Positions 18,731-28,886 of a stretch of DNA of 64,000 nt are shown piece by piece. The position numbers and the translations under genes are program-made. The stretch comes from an uncultured Alphaproteobacteria bacterium (GTDB taxonomy: Bacteria; Pseudomonadota; Alphaproteobacteria; RF32; CAG-239). Below the pieces are notes generated by a model that was not told the DNA's origin, did not search any database, and saw only the letters and a program-made list of their open reading frames with translations. The first letter of the stretch is position 1. Each line of letters begins with the position of its first letter. Location: assembly GCA_944391345.1 (NCBI GenBank), contig CALXTE010000004.1:29275-93274 (forward strand). Direction: 5' to 3'.

Positions 18731-20305
18731 ATGAAAAAAATTACTATTGGTTCGGATGTGATTAATAAGCTCAGTGAACGGGATATGGCCGACTATTTTG
18801 AAAGAGCCTTTAATAATAATCATGTTCAGGATATGATAAGAACTTCCAGTTCGCTGTCTTCCGTTAAATCGAATTTTCAGAATTTTGGAAATATATTGCA
18901 GGCTTATGTTTCTTCAACCGGTGATATCTCTGATGAGATGATTGAAAAATTAGTTTCTGATTTTGAAAAACATTCTGATAAAATTTCTTCAAGAGTTAAT
19001 TCTGATAAACTTGATGGGGCTCAGCTTTATTTTGCCGAATATGTTATGCCCCATATTATTAAGCACCATCGTCCCGATTATGATAACCAGCAAAAGCTTT
19101 CCTTAGAAGAAACTTCAGATATATTGAGAAAAATCAGATTAAACTGTCGGAATAATCGTTTTAAGACACATTCTTTTAATGGCGCTCTTCTTGATAATGT
19201 TAAAAAAAATGGTCTCAATATTCATAGGGAAATGTTTAAAAATGAATATGCAACCTTAGAAAATGCGGGGTTGTTCCAGCCTTATCAGAAGGGAAATTTG
19301 CTCTTTTGCGAGTTAAGTAAAGCAACTTTTGGTTATGCTTTATATGCTCCCGAGAGGTTGTTTATGAGTGTTTGTCCTTCAGAGGGGCAAAAAGACACTC
19401 AGTTTATTTCTGAATATTTATCTGAAGGTCTGTCCCAAAGATTATCAGAAAAAAAACTTTCTCCCGAGGCCTATCAAAAAGCATTTGATGCCGGAGAAAA
19501 AATGGTTGATTTTTATTTTGGTCAGAACAAAAATTCAGGAATTGCTTTTATGTCTGATTCTCCTAATATCGTTACACAAGATAAAGAATATTGTCCGAAT
19601 GAATTGACGTATGCTTTTAATGATTATTTTTTTAAGTCTAAACTAAAAGATTTTTGTGATAAAAACAATAATCCGTCTTTATATGAATCTTTTACGGCGG
19701 CTCTTGATGAAATAAAAAATGCTAAGAAATTTACCAAAATGGATGTGTGTATTAAAAAATTTGATGCACAATATCCTGACAGTCATTTGTTTGAAAAACC
19801 GGTTCATAATGCCGTTATAAAGGCTGTTACAAACAGCTGTTTAAATAATTTTACTTATAACGGTAATGCTGACGGTTATCGAATAGATGGAGGAAAGTTG
19901 GATACAGAGGAATTTAGCGTTGCCACAATCCCTAATCCCGTAGATTTATATGTGGCACGTCAAAAAACAGAAATTTTTATTGAAAAACAAAAGTATATGG
20001 CAGAAGAATATAATCGCGAACTGTATCAAAAAAAGTATGTTCTTGCCCTTAAATCAGGGCAGAAACCCGAAGAAAGTTTTGAGGAATATTGTGCCAATAA
20101 TATTTCTAATATTTATTTTTTAACCCGTGATGACGCTACTGGTTTGAGATATGATAATCCGAAATTTCGCCAATGGAAAAAGGATAGAGGCTATCTTGAT
20201 CCTAAAAGTTCGGCGAGTTTGGAACTTGATAAAAAAATTGCCGAGAAAAGAAATAAAAAGTCACAATCTTCCATATTAATCTTTGATTCTTATCAAAGAA
20301 TATAA
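18731..20305 (+). CDS. Large orphan protein (524 aa from ATG 18731), soluble, no recognised domain
   Basis: Long uninterrupted ORF in an AT-rich context with its own promoter. No TM helix or signal seen. No motif I can name. Confidence 0.6.
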   Translation: MKKITIGSDVINKLSERDMADYFERAFNNNHVQDMIRTSSSLSSVKSNFQNFGNILQAYVSSTGDISDEMIEKLVSDFEKHSDKISSRVNSDKLDGAQLYFAEYVMPHIIKHHRPDYDNQQKLSLEETSDILRKIRLNCRNNRFKTHSFNGALLDNVKKNGLNIHREMFKNEYATLENAGLFQPYQKGNLLFCELSKATFGYALYAPERLFMSVCPSEGQKDTQFISEYLSEGLSQRLSEKKLSPEAYQKAFDAGEKMVDFYFGQNKNSGIAFMSDSPNIVTQDKEYCPNELTYAFNDYFFKSKLKDFCDKNNNPSLYESFTAALDEIKNAKKFTKMDVCIKKFDAQYPDSHLFEKPVHNAVIKAVTNSCLNNFTYNGNADGYRIDGGKLDTEEFSVATIPNPVDLYVARQKTEIFIEKQKYMAEEYNRELYQKKYVLALKSGQKPEESFEEYCANNISNIYFLTRDDATGLRYDNPKFRQWKKDRGYLDPKSSASLELDKKIAEKRNKKSQSSILIFDSYQRI

Positions 20306-20435
20306 CTATATATGAAAAAAAAGACTTTTTAGTAAAAAAATTTAATTTTTTTTATTGACAAAAATTTTTAATGTGTTATAAGCACTTCTGCGTTTAGTTA
20401 TTTATTTTATTATTAATCATTTAATTTTTTTTATT

Positions 20436-20582
20436 ATGGCAAATAAAGGTAATTTTGTAAAAAATCAGAAAAAAGAAAAGGGTGCTTTTAAGAAGTCTGC
20501 AACCGCTCAGACCGAGTATCAACGTGAAAGAGCTGCTGCACAGGCCCGTAAAAAGAAACAAGGTAATTACGGCGGTTTCTAA
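20436..20582 (+). CDS. Small basic protein (48 aa), absent from the ORF track because it is under 60 aa
   Basis: MANKGNFVKNQKKEKGAFKKSATAQTEYQRERAAAQARKKKQGNYGGF. Preceded by TTGACA-N16-TATAAG (20355-20382). Followed by a strong terminator at 20664-20699. No Shine-Dalgarno. Confidence 0.45.
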   Translation: MANKGNFVKNQKKEKGAFKKSATAQTEYQRERAAAQARKKKQGNYGGF

Positions 20583-20663
20583 AAGTTTCTGAATAATACA
20601 GAATGGCAGGCAGTTTTTTGTATGTTTGTCATTTTGAGTGTTTTCCATAATATATTTTTTTTA

Positions 20664-20699
20664 CAGCTTGAAAGACCTTGGTTTTTCAAGCTGTTTTTT
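20664..20699 (+). terminator. Rho-independent terminator
   Basis: CAGCTTGAAA-loop-TTTCAAGCTG followed by TTTTTT. Confidence 0.8.
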
Positions 20700-20714
20700 C
20701 TATCAGGGGAGAAA

Positions 20715-21215
20715 ATGTTAAAACAGAGTATGATGCCGCGGGTTGCGCAAGACACAAAGATTATGGTTATCGGTTCTATGCCGGGGGAGGTTTCTTTGCA
20801 ACGGCAGCAGTATTATGCTCATCCGCAAAATAATTTTTGGAAGTTTATGAGTGTTCTTTTTCCTGAAATTAATCTTAATCAAGATTATGAAGTCAGGGTG
20901 GCTAAGCTTTTGAAAAATCAGGTCGGGCTGTGGGATGCACTAAAACACTGCGAGCGCGACGGCAGTATGGATAGTGCCATTCGTCAGGCTGAGCCTAATG
21001 ATTTTTCGGATTTATTAAATATAGCGCCGGCTTTGTCTCGGCTCGTCTTTAACGGCAAAAAAGCTTATCAATCTTTTGTAAAAAGTCCTAATCTTTTGTG
21101 GGCGGAGAAAAATTCTATTGACCTTATTTCCTTGCCGTCAACCAGTCCGGCAAATGCATCCATTCCTTATGATAAAAAATTAGAATTGTGGGCTAAGGCC
21201 TTAAAAATCAGTTGA
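20715..21215 (+). CDS. DNA-deoxyinosine (hypoxanthine) glycosylase, UDG superfamily
   Basis: ATG follows GGGGA. IMVIGSMPGEVSLQRQQYYAHPQNNFWKFM matches the HDG/family-6 UDG signature. C-terminal LPSTSPAN. Confidence 0.8.
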   Translation: MLKQSMMPRVAQDTKIMVIGSMPGEVSLQRQQYYAHPQNNFWKFMSVLFPEINLNQDYEVRVAKLLKNQVGLWDALKHCERDGSMDSAIRQAEPNDFSDLLNIAPALSRLVFNGKKAYQSFVKSPNLLWAEKNSIDLISLPSTSPANASIPYDKKLELWAKALKIS

Positions 21216-21266
21216 AAAATTTTTTTTACGTTTTATACTCCCTATGTTTTATGAAAGGTTGTTGAG

Positions 21267-21800
21267 ATGGGTAAAGGGGTATTGTTGTTATCTTGTTGTG
21301 CGCCTTGTTCTTGTGCCGTGATTGAAAAAATGGCACAGGAAAAACAAGATTTTAGCGTTGTGTTTTATAATCCTAACATTCGGCCTTTGGCGGAATATCA
21401 GAAACGCTGTGACGAAAACAAACGTTTGTGCGACTTATATCAGGTGCCGTTTGTTGAGCTGGAATATGATAACGAAAACTGGTGCTCCTTAACCAAGGGT
21501 CTTGAAAATGAACCGGAGCGCGGCAAGCGTTGCTCTATTTGCTTTCATATGCGCTTAAAAAAAGTGATGGAATATGCCAAAGCTAACGGATTTGACGGTG
21601 TGGCTTCGGTTCTGGGCGTGTCTCGCTATAAAAATTTGGAACAAGTTAATCAGGCCGCAGCCCAAGCCTCAACCGAAACCGGAGTTCCTTATGTTCAAAT
21701 TGAAGGGCGAAAAGGCGGTATGCAAGAGCGTCGGTCTCAGTTGATAAAAGATTTGAATCTCTATCGTCAAACTTATTGTGGTTGCAAGCCAAGAAATTAA
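21267..21800 (+). CDS. queH: Epoxyqueuosine reductase QueH (DUF208)
   Basis: LLLSCCAPCS, FYNPNIRPLAEYQKR, RCSICFHMRL, YRQTYCGC are the QueH cysteine motifs. Confidence 0.85.
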   Translation: MGKGVLLLSCCAPCSCAVIEKMAQEKQDFSVVFYNPNIRPLAEYQKRCDENKRLCDLYQVPFVELEYDNENWCSLTKGLENEPERGKRCSICFHMRLKKVMEYAKANGFDGVASVLGVSRYKNLEQVNQAAAQASTETGVPYVQIEGRKGGMQERRSQLIKDLNLYRQTYCGCKPRN

Positions 21801-21826
21801 AGTATTTTATTTTAGAGTTACGATAA

Positions 21827-22453
21827 ATGCCTGATTTTTCATTTGAAAATAAATATTCTTATCCGGTTGCCGGAATAGATGAGGCGGGAAGAGGGCCATT
21901 GGCAGGGCCGGTTGTTGCCGGTGCGGTGGTTATTCTTAATAAAAATCTTCCTCAAGACTTATTACTTACACTTGATGATTCAAAAAAGCTTTCACCAACT
22001 AAGAGAGAAAAACTTTATAACTTATTGTATGAACAGCAAAACTTTGGAAATTTGCTTATCGGCGTGGGGGAAGCTTCGGCTCAAGAAATTGATGATATTA
22101 ATATTTTGCAAGCAACTTTTCTTGCGATGCGGCGCGCTTTTATGTCTTTATCCGAAAAGCCGGTGGCGGCTTTGGTCGACGGTAACCAGCATCCAAAGGA
22201 TTTTCCGGTTCCGACTCAGACGATTGTTAAAGGCGACTCTCTATCTTATTCAATTGCGGCTGCCTCTATTATCGCAAAAGTTACTCGTGACAGATATATG
22301 ACTGAATTGGCTGAAAAATATCCTTATTACGGGTTTGAAAAAAATGCCGGCTACGGGACAAAAGCTCATCTTGAGGGGCTTAAGTCTCATGGGGCAATTA
22401 TTGGGGTGCATCGCTTTTCTTTTAATCCGGTTCCTCTTTTTGTAAAAAAATAA
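21827..22453 (+). CDS. rnhB: Ribonuclease HII
   Basis: VAGIDEAGRGPLAGPVV, DDSKKLS, VDGN, ASIIAKVTRD, GYG are all RNase HII signatures. Confidence 0.93.
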   Translation: MPDFSFENKYSYPVAGIDEAGRGPLAGPVVAGAVVILNKNLPQDLLLTLDDSKKLSPTKREKLYNLLYEQQNFGNLLIGVGEASAQEIDDINILQATFLAMRRAFMSLSEKPVAALVDGNQHPKDFPVPTQTIVKGDSLSYSIAAASIIAKVTRDRYMTELAEKYPYYGFEKNAGYGTKAHLEGLKSHGAIIGVHRFSFNPVPLFVKK

Positions 22454-22469
22454 TTGTGTTTTATCAAAA

Positions 22470-22486
22470 GATTCGGAATCCGATTC
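22470..22486. promoter_or_regulatory. Cluster of three GANTC (CcrM target) sites upstream of ccrM
   Basis: GATTC (22470-74), GAATC (22476-80), GATTC (22482-86) at a 6-bp period, 100 bp upstream of the ccrM start codon. Confidence 0.5.
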
Positions 22487-22568
22487 GGCTTTTGTTTTAT
22501 TTTTTTTCTTGCGTTAATAAAATTATAACTTTATTCTTACATACTATGAACGTTAAAGAAATTAATAG

Positions 22569-23687
<1,119 letters not shown>

Positions 23688-23710
23688 TCGGATGGTTTTG
23701 TGTGAGGGCA

Positions 23711-24844
23711 ATGAATAATAAGTGGAATAACCAGAATCATGATAATCGCACAGGGCTTGCTCGTCAAGATGATGAGCAAGCTCGCCCTGTCTATGCTGCC
23801 ATTGATTTGGGAACAACGTCTTGTCGTTTGGTTATTGCTTCTCCGACCCCGACATCTTTTCAGATTATTGAGACTTTTTCTAAAGTTACACGGCTTGGCG
23901 AGGGGATTATTCAAGATAATGTTTTGACCAAATATGCCATTCGCCGTACTATTGCTGCTTTGAAGGTTTGTGCCGGTGTGATTAATGAATATGCGCCGAT
24001 TTTTCGTTCACGTTTTGTGGCAACAGCGGCTTGCCGTCGTGCTAAAAATTGCCAAGAATTTATGGACGCGGTTAAGCGTGAAACAGGGCTTGTGATTGAA
24101 ACAATATCTTCAAAAGAAGAAGCCAGATTAGCGGTCGTCGGCTGTATCCCTTTGTTGAATCGATGTATTAAACGGACGTTGGTTTTTGATATCGGCGGTG
24201 GGTCTACCGAGATTTCTTTGGCACGCATTACCAACAGCGGCAAGACCTTTGTTGAGGGATTTGTTTCTTTGCCATATGGTGTCGTGACAATCTCAGAGGC
24301 GTTTCCGTCAAAAGATATGACGGATTTGGCCTATAATACGATTATTGAGCGGACACATAAAATCCTTCAAGAATTTGATGATAAGTATCATATTTATGAT
24401 GCAATCAAAAATCAGGAAATTCAGGTTATCGGAACTTCAGGAACAGTAACGGTTTTGGGTGCCGTTCATCTTAATTTGACACGTTATAATCGTTCGGCAG
24501 TGGACGGTATTTCAATCTCAAAGCGCGATATTTTTCGTGCTATCTCAAAAATTAAGATGATGGGTGATGAAGGGCGTCGCAAACATCCGTGCATCGGTGC
24601 GCAAAAGGCAGATTTGACCATGGCCGGATGTGCTATTATCGAGGCATTATGCACTTTTTGGCCAATTGCCGAGATTACGGTTGCCGATAGGGGAATTCGG
24701 GAAGGAATTTTGCTGGATATGATGCATCAGAACCAAAAATTTCCGAACAAGTATCAAAAGCGCAACAAGCGGCGTTTGCCTTTTGGCAGAATGTATAAAT
24801 CTAATCATAAAAAATCTTTTAACTCTAAAACAAACAGGAACTAA
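23711..24844 (+). CDS. ppx: Ppx/GppA-family phosphatase (short form, no C-terminal HD domain)
   Basis: AAIDLGTTSCRLVIA, FDIGGGSTEI, GTSGTV. The basic C-terminal tail is unusual. The ORF could also start at GTG 23702. Confidence 0.85.
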   Translation: MNNKWNNQNHDNRTGLARQDDEQARPVYAAIDLGTTSCRLVIASPTPTSFQIIETFSKVTRLGEGIIQDNVLTKYAIRRTIAALKVCAGVINEYAPIFRSRFVATAACRRAKNCQEFMDAVKRETGLVIETISSKEEARLAVVGCIPLLNRCIKRTLVFDIGGGSTEISLARITNSGKTFVEGFVSLPYGVVTISEAFPSKDMTDLAYNTIIERTHKILQEFDDKYHIYDAIKNQEIQVIGTSGTVTVLGAVHLNLTRYNRSAVDGISISKRDIFRAISKIKMMGDEGRRKHPCIGAQKADLTMAGCAIIEALCTFWPIAEITVADRGIREGILLDMMHQNQKFPNKYQKRNKRRLPFGRMYKSNHKKSFNSKTNRN

Positions 24845-24846
24845 AC

Positions 24847-25848
24847 ATGGTTGAGAAATTTTTTGCAGCGATAGATCTGGGGACGAATTCTTGTCGATTA
24901 TTAATCGCTGACAGTAAGGGGCGGGCTGTTTATCAAGATTCTATGTCTACTCGTTTGGGTGAGGGAATGCAGGCAACATCCTTGCTTACCGATGAGGCAA
25001 TGGCGCGCGGGTTGGATTGTTTTGAGCAATTTCATAATGTGATGAAAGATTGTAACATTGTGGCTTATCGCGCTATCGGAACGGCAGCTTGCAGAGCTGC
25101 TAAAAATGCCGGAGATTTTATTCGTAAAGTTTATGATAAAACAGGGATTCATATTGAGGTTGTTACCCCCGCAGAAGAGGCAAGGCTTAATTTGAAGGGG
25201 GCTATTTCTCATGTGCGTAATAAATCTGAATATGCCATTGTGGTCGATCAAGGCGGTGGATCTACCGAGATCGTATTAGCTCAAAACGGTGATAATCCGG
25301 TTATGCTTAATGCCGTATCAATTCCTTGGGGGTCTCGGACGGCGGCTGATGCCTTTCAGCTTGAAACTTATGATAAGCTGAATGCCGCTCGCTTGGGGCA
25401 GGAAATCAAGCGTTGGGTTGATGGTTTTAAACACAGTGGTAATTTTGATGCCATAAAAGATAATGTCAGCTTTGTGGCAACTTCGAGCACGCCGTTGCGC
25501 TTAGCCTCATTAATTCGAAAAAGTGATCGCTATGATCGTGAAAAATGTGATGGTTTGCAGATTAAGACCAAAGACATCTTTAAGGTTTTAGATGATTTGA
25601 AAACTGCAAGTGTTGAGGATATGGCAAAAAATCCGAATATCGGCTTTCAACGTGCGCCTATCTTTTTGTCAGGGGTGATTATGTTGGGACAGATTTTTCA
25701 AGAACTCGGTGCTGAGAAGATTGTGGCCTCTTTACGGAGCGCAAAAGACGGTATTATTGAAGAACTGATTCAAAATGATAAAATAAAATCTCGCTTGCAA
25801 AAAGAAATTTCTGTTAATCAGAAGGGTAAAAATGGTAAAACTCACTAA
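24847..25848 (+). CDS. Second Ppx/GppA-family phosphatase (tandem paralog)
   Basis: AAIDLGTNSCRLLIA, VDQGGGSTEI. It starts 2 nt after the previous stop. Confidence 0.85.
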   Translation: MVEKFFAAIDLGTNSCRLLIADSKGRAVYQDSMSTRLGEGMQATSLLTDEAMARGLDCFEQFHNVMKDCNIVAYRAIGTAACRAAKNAGDFIRKVYDKTGIHIEVVTPAEEARLNLKGAISHVRNKSEYAIVVDQGGGSTEIVLAQNGDNPVMLNAVSIPWGSRTAADAFQLETYDKLNAARLGQEIKRWVDGFKHSGNFDAIKDNVSFVATSSTPLRLASLIRKSDRYDREKCDGLQIKTKDIFKVLDDLKTASVEDMAKNPNIGFQRAPIFLSGVIMLGQIFQELGAEKIVASLRSAKDGIIEELIQNDKIKSRLQKEISVNQKGKNGKTH

Positions 25849-26527
25849 ATCTGCCAAGGAAGTTCGCGGTCGCAAAACTTTAACCGTGCGGGTTAAGACT
25901 GCAAAGTCGCGCAGCAAGTCTTCGGCTAAGTGGTTGGCCAGACAACTTAATGATCCTTATGTGGCGGAGGCTCAGCGCTTGGGGTATCGTTCTCGGGCAG
26001 CGTTTAAGCTGATTCAACTTGATGAAAAATTTCATTTTCTCGGAAAAGGTAAGCGAATTGTGGATTTGGGCTGTGCGCCCGGTGGGTGGACGCAGGTTGC
26101 CGTTATGAGAAACAAAGGCACCGGAAAGGTTGTCGGAATAGATATTTTGGAAACTAAACCTATTGAAGGTGCGACGCTTATTCAGCAAGATTTTACTCAG
26201 CCGGAAGCGGCCGAAAAGCTTAAAAGTCTTTTGAATGGCAAGGCTGATATCGTAATGAGTGATATGGCGGCCAATACAACCGGCCATCAGCAAACAGACC
26301 ATCTTCGCACGATTGCCTTGGTTGAAATTGCCTATGAATTTGCGAAAGAAGTATTAGAGCAGGGCGGAATTTTTATTACAAAAGTTTTTAAAGGCGGTAT
26401 GGAAAACACGCTGTTGGCCGATGTTAAGAAAAATTTTGCCAAAGTCGTTCATGCAAAGCCTGATGCCAGTCGGTCAGGTTCTCCTGAGGAATATTTGGTT
26501 GCCATTGGCTTTAGGGGAGAAGAATAA
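25832..26527 (+). CDS. rlmE: 23S rRNA U2552 2'-O-methyltransferase RlmE (FtsJ)
   Basis: WLARQLNDPYV, YRSRAAFKLIQLDEKF, VDLGCAPGGWTQV, VMSDMAANTTG, KVFKG. Confidence 0.92.
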   Translation: MVKLTKSAKEVRGRKTLTVRVKTAKSRSKSSAKWLARQLNDPYVAEAQRLGYRSRAAFKLIQLDEKFHFLGKGKRIVDLGCAPGGWTQVAVMRNKGTGKVVGIDILETKPIEGATLIQQDFTQPEAAEKLKSLLNGKADIVMSDMAANTTGHQQTDHLRTIALVEIAYEFAKEVLEQGGIFITKVFKGGMENTLLADVKKNFAKVVHAKPDASRSGSPEEYLVAIGFRGEE

Positions 26528-27738
26528 TGCAGCTTGGCGCTAGGTATCGGGCTGTTTTTGAAATTTTGCAAGAGGTTTTTAAGGATAAAAATCCGGCGGA
26601 TAATATTGTTGTCTCTTATTTGCGAGAGCGAAAATATATCGGTTCTAAAGATCGACGTTTTATTGTTGAAAAAGTTTGGGATTTGATTCGTCATCGGCGG
26701 CGTTTGGCCTTTGAGGCCGGTGGTCTTGATATCCGAAAAATGTTATTAATTTATCTTAAAGATGAGGATTTGGACCTCATTTTTGGGGCAGATGCTTATG
26801 CCTTGCCGGAAGTCAGCAAAGAAGAAAAGCTGTGGCTTAAAGCTCTTGACGATAGCGTTGTTTATCCGGCTGATGTGGAAGTTGAATGCCCGAAGTGGTT
26901 GTTTGATAAAGTAAATGACTTGGCGTTATTAAAATCTTTAAATTCTCCAGCACGAGCCGATATGCGTATTAATTCCGGAGACAGAGAAAAGACGCTTGTA
27001 AAACTTAGAAAAGAAGGATTGTTCTTGCGGCCGACGCCTTATTCTCCAATCGGGATTTGTTCTGATGAAAGGGTTAATCTTAATAACTGTGTGGTCTATC
27101 AGAATGGGGAGATTGATGTTCAAGATGAATCTTCACAACTGGCGGCTATTCTTTGTAATCCTCAACCAAATTTGAAAATTATTGATTATTGTGCCGGTGC
27201 CGGCGGCAAAACTTTTACGCTTTTGTATCTGATGCACGGAAAAGGGAAAATTTTTGTGCATGACGCTTATCAATCTCGATTGTCTGCGATGAAGGAGCGG
27301 GGCCTTCGTCTTGGTTATTCTAATTATGAAATTATATCCGATTTGGGTAATCAAGAGTATGATTTATTTGTGGTTGATGCGCCGTGTTCAGGAACAGGAA
27401 CTTGGCGACGTGCGCCTGATGCAAAATACCGCTTAACGCCTGAGGCTTTGGATAATCTGGTTCTAACGCAAGCCGAAATTTTGGAGACAGCCTATCAACA
27501 TACAGCCAAAGGCGGTCAGATGGTTTATATGACTTGTTCTGTTTTAGCTGATGAAAATCAAAATCAGATACAAGCTTTTTTGAAAAAACATGGAGATGTT
27601 AAGCCTGTGGATTTATCGATGCTTTGGCAAGAGAAAATCGGTGGGCGATATCCTTTCTTCTCTGTTCAGTGTGCTCAATTTTCTCCTCTGGTAACGCAGA
27701 CTGATGGTTTTTTTGTTTGTGTTTTACAAAAGTTTTAG
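26527..27738 (+). CDS. rsmB: RsmB/NOP-family rRNA cytosine-C5 methyltransferase
   Basis: DYCAGAGGKT SAM motif, VVDAPCSGTGTWRR catalytic PC motif, YMTCS second Cys motif. ATG overlaps the rlmE stop. Confidence 0.85.
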   Translation: MQLGARYRAVFEILQEVFKDKNPADNIVVSYLRERKYIGSKDRRFIVEKVWDLIRHRRRLAFEAGGLDIRKMLLIYLKDEDLDLIFGADAYALPEVSKEEKLWLKALDDSVVYPADVEVECPKWLFDKVNDLALLKSLNSPARADMRINSGDREKTLVKLRKEGLFLRPTPYSPIGICSDERVNLNNCVVYQNGEIDVQDESSQLAAILCNPQPNLKIIDYCAGAGGKTFTLLYLMHGKGKIFVHDAYQSRLSAMKERGLRLGYSNYEIISDLGNQEYDLFVVDAPCSGTGTWRRAPDAKYRLTPEALDNLVLTQAEILETAYQHTAKGGQMVYMTCSVLADENQNQIQAFLKKHGDVKPVDLSMLWQEKIGGRYPFFSVQCAQFSPLVTQTDGFFVCVLQKF

Positions 27739-27817
27739 GGCTTGACTTTTGCTTCTATTATTTGATATGACAATATATGTTTAGATTATTATTTTGTAAC
27801 TTTAAATATGTACTATT

Positions 27818-28774
27818 ATGAAACTTGATTTTTATCGTGATGGAACAGGTTTTTTCCCAAAGTATTTGAAAAAACGCTATGAAAAGGAGCTTTCTTGTTA
27901 TCAAATTTTAAAATTTGAAATAGGAAAATATGCTTCTGAAAACTCCAAATCTTCTGATTTTGTTGTTGGATTTTCTTTACGACACAAAGAAAGCGGTTGT
28001 CTTGCCTGTTTGATTTTTAATCCAATGGAAATGTCGTGTGATATCAAACAAACAGATTTCCCTTGTTTCGATTTTTCTGAAAACCAAAAATTATCCGTAA
28101 GTGGAAAGTTTGTTTTTGGTTCTTTACAATTTAGAGGTGACATTTGTTCTTTGTTTGTTGCTTGGCCTTGTGATTTTTATTGTGAAAATTTGGAAGAACT
28201 TAAGGAGCTTATGGAATTTTATGCTCTTTTGTCTGGAGATGAAATTTTAATTGAGGCGGTTTCAACTAATGAGTTGCCGTTGCCAGTTATTTTCGATTCT
28301 TTTTGTTCTTACGCTTATTTTCTTCGCAATGGGAAAGCTTTGGTCGTTAGTCGTGGAGAATTTTCGTGCGGAAAATCGGTTACATTTTGTTTGAAGAATA
28401 ATAATCCTGAATCTTGCTTTTATATTGTAGATAAGGAAGTTATTGTCCTTCCTGCAAGAAAACTCTATCAGCAAAGCGATGGAAAATATTTTTATTTTGA
28501 TGGAAACCGTTTTTGTCCCCGTCGAGGAAAATACATTACGGAAAAAGAGGTCCTGTTGATGAAGGAAAGTTTATCTATTGACTATCCTGACGCGTCTTTT
28601 TGGAAAAGACCTTTACCTTGTCGGCTAGGGTGGTTAGTTGGAGCTATTCGACGATTGAATGCACTTGCTTATTTAACTGTTGAATTATATTCAGGGAATG
28701 TTGAACTTTTATATCCTGATGAAGTTTCTTTCCCTGCGGATCCTGGTGATAAACGCTTTATTTATGCTGATTAG
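27818..28774 (+). CDS. Orphan Cys-rich protein (318 aa), paralog A
   Basis: Own promoter (TTGACT at 27742) and own terminator. The C-terminal segment GKYFYFDGNRFCPRRGKYITEKEV aligns with GKIYYFTGSRFTARKSGVLSKDEA of the next gene. Confidence 0.65.
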   Translation: MKLDFYRDGTGFFPKYLKKRYEKELSCYQILKFEIGKYASENSKSSDFVVGFSLRHKESGCLACLIFNPMEMSCDIKQTDFPCFDFSENQKLSVSGKFVFGSLQFRGDICSLFVAWPCDFYCENLEELKELMEFYALLSGDEILIEAVSTNELPLPVIFDSFCSYAYFLRNGKALVVSRGEFSCGKSVTFCLKNNNPESCFYIVDKEVIVLPARKLYQQSDGKYFYFDGNRFCPRRGKYITEKEVLLMKESLSIDYPDASFWKRPLPCRLGWLVGAIRRLNALAYLTVELYSGNVELLYPDEVSFPADPGDKRFIYAD

Positions 28775-28806
28775 AAAAAAGGCGGACAGTTTTGTCCGTC
28801 TTTTTT
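28775..28806 (+). terminator. Rho-independent terminator
   Basis: GGCGGACA-GTTT-TGTCCGTC followed by TTTTTT. Confidence 0.8.
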
Positions 28807-28886
28807 CTTGACATTTGATGAGAAAATGATAGATTTAGCCCACATTATTTATTATTAACTTATGTATTACTAAATTTTATATTATT

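Noticed and set aside
22466-22493. The GANTC cluster considered as the rnhB intrinsic terminator.
   Set aside because: The best stem is only about 4 bp (TCGG-AAT-CCGA) with a weak flanking A/T pairing, so it is not a convincing terminator.
22514-22528. CtrA box (TTAA-N7-TTAA) upstream of ccrM.
   Set aside because: The sequence is TTAA-N7-ATAA. In AT-rich DNA such half-matches are common, so it is insufficient on its own.
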